A stretch of DNA of 63,254 nt, the filler included, from Pelomyxa schiedti (lineage: Eukaryota > Protista > Evosea): assembly GCA_020536535.1 (NCBI GenBank). It is 8 parts of 8 records of this genome, joined end to end, with 100 filler letters (N's around TTAATTAATTAA, not from the genome) between each part and the next. Parts side by side here need not be neighbours in the genome. Positions count along the whole stretch, not along the records: positions 24,539 to 51,677 come from JAHLWZ010001034.1; 7 more parts are not named here. One strand, written 5' to 3'. Made by a program: the position numbers and the translations under genes. Positions 25,230 to 38,449 of the stretch are shown here, piece after piece (position 1 is the first letter of the stretch; every line of letters begins with the position of its first letter). The notes under the pieces are model-generated. The model was not told the origin of the DNA, searched no databases, and worked only from the letters and a program-made list of their open reading frames with translations.

Positions 25230-27525
25230 ACAGTAAATTAAGGAACGTTTGGGAAGTCTTTAAAGTCACGGACCCAGTGGAAAGAAATGGGATTTGAAAC
25301 AAATTGTTTGTAAAATCAAAGGAAAGCTTGACACAAGTCTCAGTGAGTGTGTGTTACAGTACCCACACACATTGTCCTTCTGAAAGCGTGACCAGGTTAG
25401 TATCATGAAGACCGACCATCAATGTTGTGCATTTCCATGCCTGCTTTACGTTGCACAATCCTGTTGATGGCAGTTATGCTCTGTATATTGCAATGGAGCT
25501 TGTCAAAGGTATAAATCTGGGCACCTATCTGGAGAATACTGCTGGAGAAAAACCCAAGGTAGAGGTCAATTAATTATACTACTCCGAACTTCATCTGATG
25601 CGACATCACACTACTCATAGGTTGTGATGAAATGGATCACTGGGCTTCTTGATGCCTTGGCTTATAAATGCTGAAATTCACATAAACCAACCAGCCAATA
25701 GATTGATAAGCAAATAGGGATCTGTAAAAATATGTCGGTTACATTCCTTTCACTCAGGTTGCTAATTTTCTTTTTTCAGCCGATTTTGGTGTTTCCAAGA
25801 CTACTTTTAAGGGTCACCTTAATCTAACTATTCGTGGGAGTGGGACACCTTGTTTCATGGCACCAGAAGTTTTATCTGGGCAACCTTATACAGACCAGTG
25901 TGGCACTTGGTCCCTGGGTTGCATCTTACATGCAGTCACCACAAGCACACCACCAAAGGTCTTTGTTCCGTTCTTTTTTCAGTTCTTCTCATCCCAACAG
26001 GGTATTCTCAATCCAACTCCAGATTTCTTCGAGACTATTGCTGTGTGTTGGGTCTCCGTTACCGAGTCTATTTGATGAAAATTGTAGGATCGTTCTGTAT
26101 GTTTGATCCTTCAGAGTGACCAAGTGCGAAAGCACTTCAAAGAGAAGCAGTTGTTGAAGCGTGGACAGTTCTCACTATGGAAAAGTTGCATCTTGATGAA
26201 GGTCAGACTTGTTGCCATTCATCTCGACTCTTCGAGTGGATGATGTTGCTTTCCGCGGTAGAGGGACTGAGTACCTTAGAAAGCACTGCAACCAAGTAAG
26301 TGCTTTTCATACAACTCTATGATGTTAATGTTCTCCAAATTAGAGGTTCGGAAGTGTTTCCTTGAATTGCACGGAATTGAATTGTTGTGCACTTCACTGA
26401 ATGACCAGCAGGGGCAGGTTCCTATCCCCTTCTTTTTCCTCCTGCACTTCCTCCGATATCCAGACAAATGACACAAGTTTACTGTACGAGCATTTTGTTT
26501 GCTTTTGCAATTCGAAATTTGGTTACCTTGGCTCTGTCTTTTTTTCCTCTGACAAACTTCAGACCTCAGTCTTATTTTCTGTGAATTTAATTTACCTGTT
26601 GTAGCCACAATCATAGAACAATTGATGACTATGGTAAAAACGGACCAGGCTAAGTTGCATGAATTTCTCACTTGTGTTTACAGCTTGGTTGAGTCTTGTA
26701 AGTAAGTTGTCCCTCCAGAAATACAATATTTCTGCATTTCCTGCTATCGGAAGTGCGTTTCATTTTCTCTTCACTTTTCCTTTTTAATGAACGCACTGGC
26801 AGATTTCATTTTGACACAAACACACTCAAAGCCAGCCATGTACTGTTGTGTCATGTTGTAATTGCTTTAAGACCTGTCAGGCAAAGACTGAAACACCCAA
26901 CCTTGGTGTGCTTTTTTTTCTTCGGGTCGGTGCTCAAAGTAATTTGTGGCTAAGATTACTTAACTCTTGATCTTGTTCCATTGAGGCACAATGTTGGACT
27001 TTAACCATTCTCTCAAGTAACAAGAAATTGTATTTTTTGTAAGATCCTCACTCGTTATGAAGATCCCACCTTCACAAGCAATCCACAAGTTCCATGGCAA
27101 CAGTGATTGTTTGCTCTTTCACTCTTTTGGAGGGGAAAAACTGCCGAGCCACGCAATTCTATGCTGAAGTTAGCATCCTCAAAGAGAAATCCAGGTGTGA
27201 GTAATTTCCAAGTATGCACTACCAACACAGTTTCTCAGGACCCGGTGTGCTGTCGGGGTCTGCAAAGAACTCTCTAGCAGCCTTTTTTGCCTTCTCTGCT
27301 GGCTAACCTGCAAAATATCCTGCAGGGAACAGTTGAGTGCAAAGAAAGGCCGGACAAATACTAGGCCTGGTTTTCCAGAGACCAGTTCCTTTCTCATTCA
27401 CCTCAGCTTTGATCAAGATCAACAGGGACCCGAAAAACGGACATCAATGCAACCAAGTATTACTCCTGAAGATAGTAGTACCAGGCCACAATCCACCGCA
27501 CGTGAATCGGTAGGTTGTGATTAAT
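25230..27525 (+). pseudogene. Degraded Ser/Thr protein kinase gene (NEK/STE-like)
   Basis: Recognisable pieces are LYIAMELVKG, DFGVSK, GTPCFMAPEV and WSLGCIL. The HRD loop is disrupted by a frameshift and stop near 25670-25700, and there is an in-frame TGA in DPSE*PSA (about 26117). The 3' extent is approximate. Confidence 0.65.
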
Positions 27526-28030
27526 AGAAGCATTATAATTACATCCAATCCCAATGGGAGCCCTTTGGAACCCACTACCACAACCACCTCCACAACCCAG
27601 CCTACGAAACACCCCTCCTCACTCGTAACCAGCCCCAATCCCTCCCCCTCACGAGGTGGTTTCCACTAAACCAAGGATTGTTCCACACAAAAACTTATTG
27701 TCATTCATCTCGTTAGACAAAATGGGTGGGTGGTAGTTGGGAGCTCTCGTGGAAACGGTCTCTATCTGAAACAGGGCAGTGAATGAACTCATAATTAAGA
27801 GTCTTTCAACGAAACGAAGTGAAACATAGCCATAGCAAAAGAACAAGCAAAGAAACACCTTGCGTTCACTCGGCGTTACCAGTGGTGCTTGTGCGTAACG
27901 TTTAGGCAGAACTTTTTTAACTTTACAAACTGGTCAGATTTCGTTTACTGGAGAGTGAGCACACTGTGATTTCGTCGTGCCATGTCTGTAACAGTGTTGG
28001 GTTCAATGACGCACATGAATTGACGGTCTT

Positions 28031-29201
28031 CTAAGAAGTGAGTTCATGGATGGCATCAGCAGCACTGAGCCTGGCCGCTTTGTCAGGGTTCATCATCCGA
28101 ATCATCACTGACTCGAGCACACTGTCACGTTGGCGTTGTAATGTTGCCACTGATTGGAGTGGTGGCGTTGGTGGTTGTGGTGATTCAGTGGCTGGTCGTG
28201 GTGATGGTGACTCTGCCAAAAACAAAGGCACTGGGAAGTGACTGAGGAGTGACTGGGTGTTGAACGTGCTCATGTCAAGGTTCATTGAGCTCCCAATGAA
28301 CCTGTTGGACTGCGGCAGAAGGGCATTCCAGAAGGTGAGTGCGAGTGCAAAGGAGTCACACTTTGAGTATGAGAACACACCACCAGTTCCCCTTGTTATC
28401 CTCTTGAGAAAAATGCTCAGCTCTGGTGGCATTGTGCCAGTGTTGCCCCATGGTTGTGACGTGGTAGATAGATGTACCTCCATGTTTGGGCAGCACTGAG
28501 ACTCACCAAAGTCGATCAGTGTCAGGTTTTCAGTCTCTGGGTCAATGAGAATGTTGTCTCCCTTGATGTCCCTGTGTTGTTTCGGTTTTTATTGTTTTGT
28601 TTTGTTTGTCACAGAAAGAGGAGTTGGGAACGAACCTGTGAACGACGAAATGTGACTCAATATGGCAGATGGCACGGAGTCCTTGAAAAAACAGATTCCG
28701 TGCACATTCCACTGTCATACAGTTTTTGGAGGATGAGTAGAACGAGAAGGTGATCCCACAATGGGGCATGAGGATGGCGATTGACTTGTAGTTGCAGAGT
28801 TGCTCTCTGAAATACATTTTGTCACTTGGTATTTTCTCCACAAACTCAGCTGAACGACTGTGGCTGAGTTGGAAAAAAGTGCTTTTATTTCCAAGAGGAG
28901 AAATACCAAGGGATGACTAAAGTACCAAGATGGCGGATCACGTTTGGGTGAGCTGGAACCAATGAGAGGATAGTACACTCAGGGTGTTCGGGCTGCAACA
29001 GTGTCTGCTGGGGTGTGTTCTCCCAGTTGAAAATGATCTTCATCACCATGTTGCTTGCTTTTGCTGTTGTGGAATCTGAAGCATAAGCACTCACACTGGC
29101 TGTGGAACTGGTTATGGGGCCACTGGATGTTGTGGATTGGAATTTCACTTTGAATACAGCAGCATTTGAGCCCGTACCAAGCAGTTCCTCCACCACAAAA
29201 T
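28031..29201 (-). CDS. Ser/Thr kinase domain (probably the C-terminal module of the giant gene, possibly a separate gene)
   Basis: Contains LGTGSNAAVFKV, MVMKII, HPNV, spliced HR|DIKGDNIL, DFG, GNTGTMPPE, CDSFALA and PDKAARLSA. Two GT-AG introns restore the frame. Confidence 0.85.
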
Positions 29202-29250
29202 CAATAATAATAAGTGTTAAGCTCAACACAGTTAACAATGTGATAATTAC

Positions 29251-32200
29251 CTCTTGACAGAAGGGATGCTCCTTCAAAGCAAGTCTGGCCATGTGTTATT
29301 TGTCCGGGGAGGGGTGAAACTACACAGCTGCATGCTTTTGGTTGTACATCTAAAAAGGGTATTCTCCTAAATGGATGCTCTCTTGAAAAGTGATAAGTCA
29401 TTGGACAGGATTGTCCCGCATAGTAGTCATTACCCTCAAACATCACTGGGGAGGAGATGGCAGCAGCCACAGTATCCAACACTTGCATAAGGGCCACCAG
29501 GTCGAGTCCAGCAAAGTAAGAGCCGCGACCTTGTGCAGCCAACCTTTTGAGCCTTTCGGTGTCACACCCAGTCCCAAAGCCAACAACAAACACCTTCAAG
29601 TCCGGGTATGCGTTGTACAGCTTTTGCATTTCGGCATCACCGTCGTCACACTGGCCGTCAGTAATGAACAGAAGCACTTTCGTCATGCCGGCAATAGGCC
29701 TATTTCTAACAGTGAATTGAAATAGAAAAAAAAAAAAAAAGAAAGCCTGATGAACCTCCGATTGGGGCCTGATCCATCCAGCACTTGCTGTAGAGCAGTA
29801 AGTGGAGCTCGAAAAGAAGTCATCCCACCAGCAAAGTGAGTGAGGCGGGAACTAAGGCCGGAAACAAGACGTTCAGGTTCTGCCTCGAGTGAACTTGGTA
29901 TTCGGTGGAAAGCACTGTCTGTGTACCCAATCACCCAGACCCTATCTTCGCAAGGGAGGCAAGCCTGTGCGCATTGTGAGATGCGACGGGTGCAGAAGGC
30001 GTCAACGGCGGTCTTCAGGGAAATCCAGGGATCTCCCTGCATTGAGCCAGACTCGTCCAAACACATTATCGTGAAGCAACTGCGGGGGGGTGGAAGAGGC
30101 AGCAAGCGGGACTGCATCAGCGCCGCCAACCTGGTCGTGAGCTCACGGTGCTTTGATTTGTCGCTGCCACTAAACTTATCCAACCGAGAACAGAACTCCA
30201 TCGTTGCGTTGTGTTGCGCCTCCGCATCCTGCTGATCCCTGAGCAGAAGCTCCATGCGCTCCCTGCAGGCCCGTTGCCGAAGAGTTGCGAGCTGCTCATA
30301 CCTGGTGCTGTCAGCCTGGAGGCGCTCAACCTCTGCCTGGGGCAAGTGATATCTTTTGGAGATGTCCTCACCCCATAGGACGATGCTGTACGAGCCCTTC
30401 TTGGCCTGTCTCGCTGTCCTGCCTTTGACCTGCACCTCCTCAGCAAGGGTTTCGGCCAGGAATGCCTGGATGACAAGAACTCCGCCGTTGTCGTTGACAA
30501 CGGGGTCGTAGCAGACAAAGTCGACACCCCTGCCAAATCCACGTGAAAAGAGGGTGACTTGCCTTGCATTTGTGGCGTTTTTGATAATCTCATCCCGACC
30601 CACAGTGTCCTCAAAGCACACGCGGCACCCCGCCACCCCACCCAGTGGGTTCGTGCTCTTGGAATTCCAGTCGATGAACCCAGACATCCTCGTTGTTGTC
30701 TCGAAGAAGATCAGCACGGCACGGTTTTTCAAAAGTGCTTTCTCGGCCATGTTCTTGATCTCAAGCATGTAGTTCTCGTAGTTGACGATTATCTTCACGT
30801 GTCTCACTGGGTCAAAGTACTGCTGTGACTCGCCAAACACAGAGGGAACATAGGACAGCAGCTTGACACCAAACTGATTGAGCAGGGTTTGGAGTTCAGC
30901 TCCAGTGAACATGAGTGTCCCAGACAAGCCAGCAATAAGGTCGAAGTGCTTGGGTGTTGGTATCTCAGCGTAGGAAAAGTGCCCACAGGGGATTGGAATG
31001 GCAACATTTTTCTCAATGGTTGGCTGGAGCAGGTTGCCTTGCTCAAACTCATGGATGTATGCAAATGAAGTCCTGTGAGGGTAGTACAGCTGGTAATTGA
31101 TGTCAGTGGCAATTCCATGCTCCTTGTAGCCAATCTTCTGCTTTTCCTTGCTGACGTGGTAAGGGGGAAGTCCGAACGTGTGCACATCTGAAAGCATCTG
31201 GTGGACCTGGTTCTCAAACAAGTTCTGGAGGTAAGGGAACTTCTGCAAAAGTGACGTGTAACATGGCTGCTGCTTCACTGTGGGCAGTGAAAAGCTCGCG
31301 TCAGTGTGGTGTTTCCACACGTACTGAATGAGTTGCAGGCACTCTGGGAGCTGCAACAGAGCTACTGGCTGATATGTCTTTCCCAAAAAGTCTTCACTGA
31401 AAAACACATCCACCTCATCAATCAACAGGGCCCTCTTCAAAGAGCGTTCAGCTGGAATTGGTTGGCACAGCTCGGGTTGGTTCAAGAACTGGCTGATTCG
31501 GTCACGCAGGGGCCTGGACTTGTTGATGAACCTCTCGCACAGCTGCCTGATTGTCCCATAAAATATTCTGTCCTTCACCCGAAGGGTGACAAACAGGGGG
31601 CTGAAGGCTGCACCATCCCTTTCACTAAGTGTCTCAGAGTATGAAATCACATCCACTTGGAAACCCTTCAGCGCAAGCACAATGGCAGTAATCCCAAGGG
31701 TGATTGATTTGCCTTCCCCTGTTCTGAGCTTGAGGAACTGGTTCAGGCTGGGATCTGTAACGAGCTGCAGAACCGCCACAACTTGTGCCGGGTGTGGCTG
31801 CTTCAGGTTGGTTTTGTCACTTACTGCCGTCCTTTGTGTGCTATCCATTATGGCAAGGTCCATAAGTGTCCACAGACCAAACAGTTCTGCAATTAGCTGT
31901 GGGATTGGCTTCGATGCCGATCTGGAGGAGATACGTTCACCTTCTTCCTTGATATCACAGAAGAACTTGTTCTCAATAAACGCAGTGTAAGCCGCTTTAA
32001 ACACCTCGTAGTCAGCCTTTAGTTTAGCCTTTGCATCCCCCTCCAAATAACTGAGCAATCCTTTCGAAGCCGATTTCTGCTGCATAAAGTGTGAGAGCAC
32101 ATAGTCAATGTCATGTGTGGACCACAGCTTGCTGAGTGCCTTGTTTCGGGCCATTTGGAATTCCTGGTTTTCGTTGATGATTCCCCATCCCACTCCTCCT

Positions 32201-35200
32201 TCATGTGACATGAGACAGGTGCCAAGCTCCAAGCCGACCCTGATGTTTCCACTCAATCCTTTGAAGAAAAGCTTCACTTTTTCCGTCACAACCTGCTGAA
32301 TGCCTTTTCCCAGTGCTGGCAGGTCTTGTGCCAGTTTGTAAATGTAACAGAGCATGTTTGCAACTTCGTCTGGATCCAACGAAGGTGGCAGTTGGATGGC
32401 CCTTACTCCCTCCAGCACTGTTTCCATGAATTGTTGGGGAGCCCCGATATTCAAGGTGCCACAGAGAGACTTGCCGTTTATGAAGAGCACAAGAAGTTCA
32501 TTTATTGCTGCATAATTCTTTGGATTGGTGGACCACAGGTTCTGAGCAGTCGTGGACTTTCCATCGAAAAACTTGGTCACCTTTTGCTTTATCGCAAACT
32601 CGACGGTGGTTTCAGGTACCTCCTTGAACATTTGATGCACTTGTGCTTCGGCTTTCCAAATCACTTCAACTTCTGCAAAGGTGGCAGGGGTATGGGCTTC
32701 CAGTTTCGGATCACATTCAGCAGACATCTTGGTGAGTTGTTCCTTGACTTTCTCACAAAATTGCTGAAACGTGGGGAAAGTGGGGTGATTCAACAGGAGC
32801 AGGGCTGCCAGTGGCTGCAGACACTTGTGACCCAACTCCAACCTTTTTATGTCACGCAGAACGGTAGTAACCTCCATGAAACTGCTGCAACTTAGAGACC
32901 AATTGAAAGTATTGAGAAGTTTCTCAGCCTGGTTCTTTATTGCTTCCATCAGGGCGGTACACTCTCTAACCATGTTGGAAGCTTTCTCTCGAAGGGGACC
33001 CACTGCAAATATCCCCTCCTGTCTGGTGCAATACGGCAATATGAAGAGCACCAGTCCCAATCCAGTGAGCTGTGATTGTTGGGCCTGAATTGGCAAGCAA
33101 ACCGTGGTGAATTCGGAGGTGACAATAGGTTCCGTTTCCTTTTGGATCTTTTTTATGATGTCAAGGGAATTACTCATGAACTCTTGGCAGAGCTTTGTGA
33201 ACTCAGAGGAAGGGAGGTCTTTTATCAGACTGGAGGCCTTCCAGAGGAACTCAAACAAACTTGGGGAAAGGCTTGCTCTGTCCACACACAGTTTGTTGAA
33301 GGATCCAGTCAGATCAAGAATCAGCTGATCATAGACACTTTTGTCCCATTCCTTTTTGAGCTTCAGGAGCTCTCTTTGCACCCCTTCAGCGTCTCCCTCA
33401 TTGAACAGAGAAAGCACAACTCGCTCCCGATTTTCATTGTTCTTTCTCATGCGGTCTTTAGCTTTGTCAAGCACAACACTAACGGACCGCAAAAGCTCTG
33501 GCTTCAGTGTTTGCAGTGAGGCCACCAGGTCCTCCAGTTCAAGCTCTGCTCCTGGGTGCCCTTCAATGGAGCTGCACTTCGTTTTTATAACGTCTGCCAC
33601 CCTTTGTTGCACCTGTGCACCTCCTGCAGTGCCAAACAACAGGTTGATTTTCGCGCAGTCGAAGGTCTCTTGTGTTGCTTCTTTGATCTTTTCGTCCAGC
33701 AACTTTGTTTCATCCAGAAAATCGCTTTGAAGGGTACGCAGAGCAGTAATCACTGGCGGTTGCAAAATGTTCACCACGGTCAGTGAGAGTTGGACCTGTT
33801 TCAAAACTTTCACATGTTCAATCACATCGGCTACCCGCCCTGGAGGAATGAAAAAAATCGGGAGCAGAAATGTGAGTCGAGAGACCCATGGAAATGGAAA
33901 AATAAAAACCTTGTTTGCTGAGTTGTCTCACTTGTTCAATAGTTGTACTAATGACTTCATTCACAATTGTCTGGAAATTGACAAAATCGCTTTTGAACTT
34001 ATCGACAATGACAGCTGCCTCCCTTGGGCTCTCAGGGGTTCCTTGCAGGGAGTTACACATCATCTGAAGTGACTTGAATAAATCAGCGATTGATGCTGCA
34101 TTGACGACAGCATTCTGCTCGAGTGGTAGCCACCAGGTCACTGCTTGCTTCAGCTCTTCCATTTTCATTGACACCCATGCTTGCACTTGGCTAATGTTCT
34201 TCTTTTGTGTCGGACCCGCTTTCAGGAAACCCTCCACAAGGTCGAACTGTTTGCTGTCCAGGGCACTGGCGAGGCTCTTGTTACTTTCATTGAGTTTCCC
34301 CTCCAATCCAGTGTGGCACTTCTCAATCAGCTGGCGAACTTCGGGGATGTAAATGCTCAATACACTGTGTTCAGCTGCCTTCTTAAGCAGTACTTGTGCC
34401 TCTGTCGCTGGTGTGTCCAAGCTGGTAATTCTGCTCGCAATGGTTTCGAACATGGTGTGGAGAGGGATCAACACCTGGTCTAACGTACAGATACTCTGTG
34501 AAATGGCCCACATGCACGTTTTCAAGATTTCGATCTTTTCTGACACTGGAGTGTCCAACAGCCCCAGATTTTGAAGCATCACTCCCATCTTATCTACCAA
34601 CTGCATCGAAAGTGCCTCCTTGCACTCCTTGGTGAGCGTCCTGGCAATCATAACTTCGTCGCTTGAGGCACACAACTTTTCAATCTCTGCCATGTCAAGA
34701 AAACCTTGCCTCGTTTTCCTGAAGTCCAAGTCCCCTTGAGACAACAAATTGCACAGTTCTTTTGTCCGAGTTATAACATCAACAGAGCACCTTTCTTCAA
34801 TTTCATGAAAGTTAGGTATTACAGAACCAAGCACCCTCATGGCAGCCAGCTGTTTAAAGTAAACACTCACCTGTGCAAAGAGCCTCACACTCCAGGCATC
34901 CTGGATCCTTTTTTCTGTTCGTTCAGCAAGGGCTTTCAGGTGAGCATAAGTGTTATCGAGGAGTGCTTCTGTGCACTTGCTGCAATACTCATCCACCCAC
35001 GATGTCCTTTTTATCTGCACTATCATGTCGCTTACACGTGGAAAGTCAACAGGGAACTTCGTCAGTAGATCCTGCAGAATGTTTTGGGTGTCCCGAAGAC
35101 ACCTGGACAGGTCAGCCATGGTTACTGCGAACTTCTCCTGAACTCCACGTGCGACGCCTTCATCAAGGTCTTTCAGCTTCTTGACTTGGGCCACTTTCCA

Positions 35201-37126
35201 GGCAAGTTCTTTGCCTTGTATCTCCTCACTGTTGCCAGTCAGCTGCCCAACCTGCTCGAGGAAGGAAAGACAGTAATCCTTGATGAAAAGGACAGCCTTC
35301 CTGTGCTGTGCAGGGACGTCCAGGTCGAGCTTGGAGAGCAAAGAGCAGAGGTTGTGGTTGTAGGCAACCATCTTTATGGTGAGGAAGTGGAGGGAAAAGG
35401 CTGTGAGGTCAGATGGGACAGTCTGGACTGCTTCAAAGGACTTTGCGAGGATGCCCTTGAGCTGGGTGAGGGTGCGGACCCTGAGCTCAGCCACGGCGTT
35501 CACGTGCGGAAGTGAGAACAGCTTTTCCTCTGCCTCTGAGAGGAGGAGGAGGTTCCTGGAGACTTCGAGCAGGGGCACCCCTCCAGCCGCCGCATGGGTG
35601 CTTGGAGACTCCAGCACCGTGGCCGCCTCCTGGCTCAGGAGCTCCTCGACGCTCGGGGTAATGCAGGCGGCGTTTACGATCTTCTGGATGACCCGCTGGG
35701 AGACAGACTCGAACAGCTGGTAGATCTCTTTGTTTGCCAGTGACTTGCCAAGATTCTGCACGAGAAGCATCTTCTCTGCAAGCTGAGACAGCTCCCTCTT
35801 TGCCAGGCACGGATCGACCACCTCCTCAATTGATGCCGTACAGTACCCACCCACCACCGCCATGGTCCACTTGTCGAACTCAGCAACCCTCTCTATCCCA
35901 GTGAAGTGCTCGACCGTCGATACCTCGAGCAGCACGAGGGTGTCCCGGTACGAGAGTATAAACATGCAACCTTCCTCATCCACGCATTGTGATTTCAGCA
36001 TCTGCTCGAGGATATACCGCGAGTCCTTCTGCATCTTGGTCACCTTCGCCATCAGCATCGAGCGGCAGCTTGCCTTCATCTTGCCTGTGTATTCCCCTGT
36101 GTACTTGTCCAGCTCCTGCAGCAGGCTCAGCAGCCTGTTTGCCACCTTCAGCCCCCTCCCAGGCTCTTGCTCAACCCACCCCTGGAATGTCTGCTCCAGC
36201 ACCCCCTGCATCTCCTGCAGCTGCAGCTGCACCTCATCAGTCAGAACTATGTTGAATACTGCAGATGGGTTCCTGATAGCCGAGGCCCTCGTGAGCACGC
36301 GCACGAAATCGTCTCGTGAGGAAAGTGATGGGTCGAGGGGATCCAGAAGGAGGACCCTGTTTGCTTCTTCGCCGCTTTGCTGTGCCTCCAGGTCGTTGAG
36401 AATGAAGTCAAAGAGATCTTTTGCTTTTTCAGCAATCCCAGGATCCTTGTGCTCACACATGCATGCCTCTATCACGTAGTGGCAATGCCCAATGATGTCC
36501 TGGAGTGTGTGGTGTTGAACGTTGGTGATGAACACCAAGATGTTGTTGAGCCAGTTCGGCGACTTGAAGAGCCTCATAACGAGGCGAATGAGGTCCCCAA
36601 CACCCTTTCCACGGTCTGCAAGAAGGGAGTAGTAGTGGATGAGGAGAACGGGAATGACTGCTCTGCATGTTCTGAGGCAGTCGTGGAGGCCGACTATGTT
36701 GGCGAGGTCAATGAGGGAACCTGCAGTGCCATCAAACCCAGAGTCGACAACCACGAGCGAGGTGTTTGGTATCGCAATCGATGACGTGTTCCTCGTCTGT
36801 GATCGCTTCCCGTGACCGACCGTCAGCCTCTCGTCCTGTTCAACGACGTCGAGCACGGTAGTGGAAGTGGTTCTGCCGTTTACTGTGGTGACATGTTCCT
36901 TCTGAATGATCTTGTGTCCAGCAAGAAAGTGTGCAGTGAGTGTCTTCCCTTCGTGGTGTGTGAACAAAACCGTTTGTGTTGTTCACTATTTGAGTGTTTG
37001 GAGAGCAGTGGTACCTGCGCCGCTTGGACCAATAAGAAGAACAATTTTTTTGTTGGTCAAGTCTGCGCCACCGTTTTGCTTGCACAGCTCAAGCAACTCA
37101 GAAAATTGAGCAATAACGTCCGACAT
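29251..37126 (-). CDS. Giant protein: AIG1/septin-like P-loop GTPase + long helical region + SecA-like SF2 ATPase + VWA
   Basis: Exons 37126-37015, 36948-33910, 33839-29756 and 29699-29251, with in-frame GT-AG introns of 66, 70 and 56 nt. Splicing creates the P-loop IGPSGAGKT. VVVDSGF is G3-like and FITN is G4-like. SecA motifs: PHPAQ, TGEGKS, LSERD, YGT, IDEVD, GLSGT, GRGVDF, QVKGRTARQ. VWA MIDAS: DESGS...T...ITDG. Confidence 0.88.
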
Positions 37127-38449
37127 GTGTCAAGGTCAAAAAACCCTTTCACTTCGTCGTTTTTTTTTTCCGGTTCAACGGAATTGATGGCGTTTGTACA
37201 TGTGAGAATCAGAGGTGAAGCGACGCGGATTCAATAGTAGTAATCTCTGTTGGTGATAATACAACACTGAGCCAGCGAATGGTAGTCCTCTCACACTGGT
37301 TTCAGAGTGGCTGCAAGCTGTAACCCCTCGTAACTTTGTGAATTAAAGCCAAAAATGGCCCAGCTTTCGCCAAGGCTGCAAACCGTGCCTGGCCCCAGGT
37401 CCAAGCGGCTGCGTTGCAGACCCTCGTTGGCGTTTTCCTAAGCAAAGTGATAGTGCAACCAAAATGCGGGCTGCCAAGGTCGGAACCCTTACAGAGGGGT
37501 AGTTCCCTAATGAGCTGGGTCGGGCTCTTTGGCTGTGGCCTGGCTTCAGTTTCCTGATCAGTGTTTTGTTGCCTATTGTCCATGCTGCTTTTGTTCAGGC
37601 ATTGCCAAGTATGGCCAATGCCCTGGCTGTTCCTGTTGGCTTCCCTGGTGTGACCATGTTAGTGCATATCTCTTTGACACTTCACATAATTCCACAATCT
37701 CATCGGAGTGGTAATGGAGAGATTCAACCACAGCAAGTATTCATATAACCGCGGGAATGGTACAGAAGACAGCAGACAAACCTAAAGCCATCGCCATCTA
37801 CTATTGGTTCAGCTCAACTTGAAAATTGTATTGACTGTTCTTGTGCTTGTATCTCCGTTTGACGTCTGTGTGTTGGCGTACTTGTTCTAATTATTCATTC
37901 CACTGCTGGTGTAAATATTAGAACCGGAAATGGCGTCTTCTCGAACAAGGGCACAGGAAGAAATACCGGAATGCTGTTCCCTTCTATTGTATTTAAAAGA
38001 ACTGTTTTACAAGCCTTGGCAAGGCTGTGGCGGCTTTGGGTACTGTGAAAATTGTTTGAAATTAGTCAGCTGCAATTAGAAGATACAAACAAAAAATTCG
38101 GAGGTTAGAAGTGTGTGGGGGGGGGTATTCTGCCATTTTATTTCGAACCTAAACCTGGCAGTCCGGTTATCGGGTATCAAGTAACTTGGATAAGAGCTGT
38201 TTTTGGGTTTAATATTTTTTGCATTCTGTGTGATATTGCATACAATAGACCCGGAAACACCCAGTTGTCACTGTGCACTCACCTTCAAATTTGTGTGATG
38301 TTTCCGTTTTAATATAAGGAGAGTTTCAAGTACCCTATCAAAATCTGTTTTTTGTTAAGCACTTCTACAAGTATTGTGGCGGTTTTAGTGAAACAGAGAA
38401 CGATAAATGGACCTGAAGGGGGATGGTATTCATCGTTGTATCCACCAAG

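Noticed and set aside
29202-29250. Transmembrane helix VIITLLTVLSLTLIII before the kinase (receptor kinase)
   Set aside because: It coincides with an AT-rich, intron-sized stretch that starts with a GT donor, so it is probably translated intron.
29683-33825. Bacterial or endosymbiont secA contamination
   Set aside because: The gene has spliceosomal introns, eukaryotic neighbours and extra GTPase and VWA domains.
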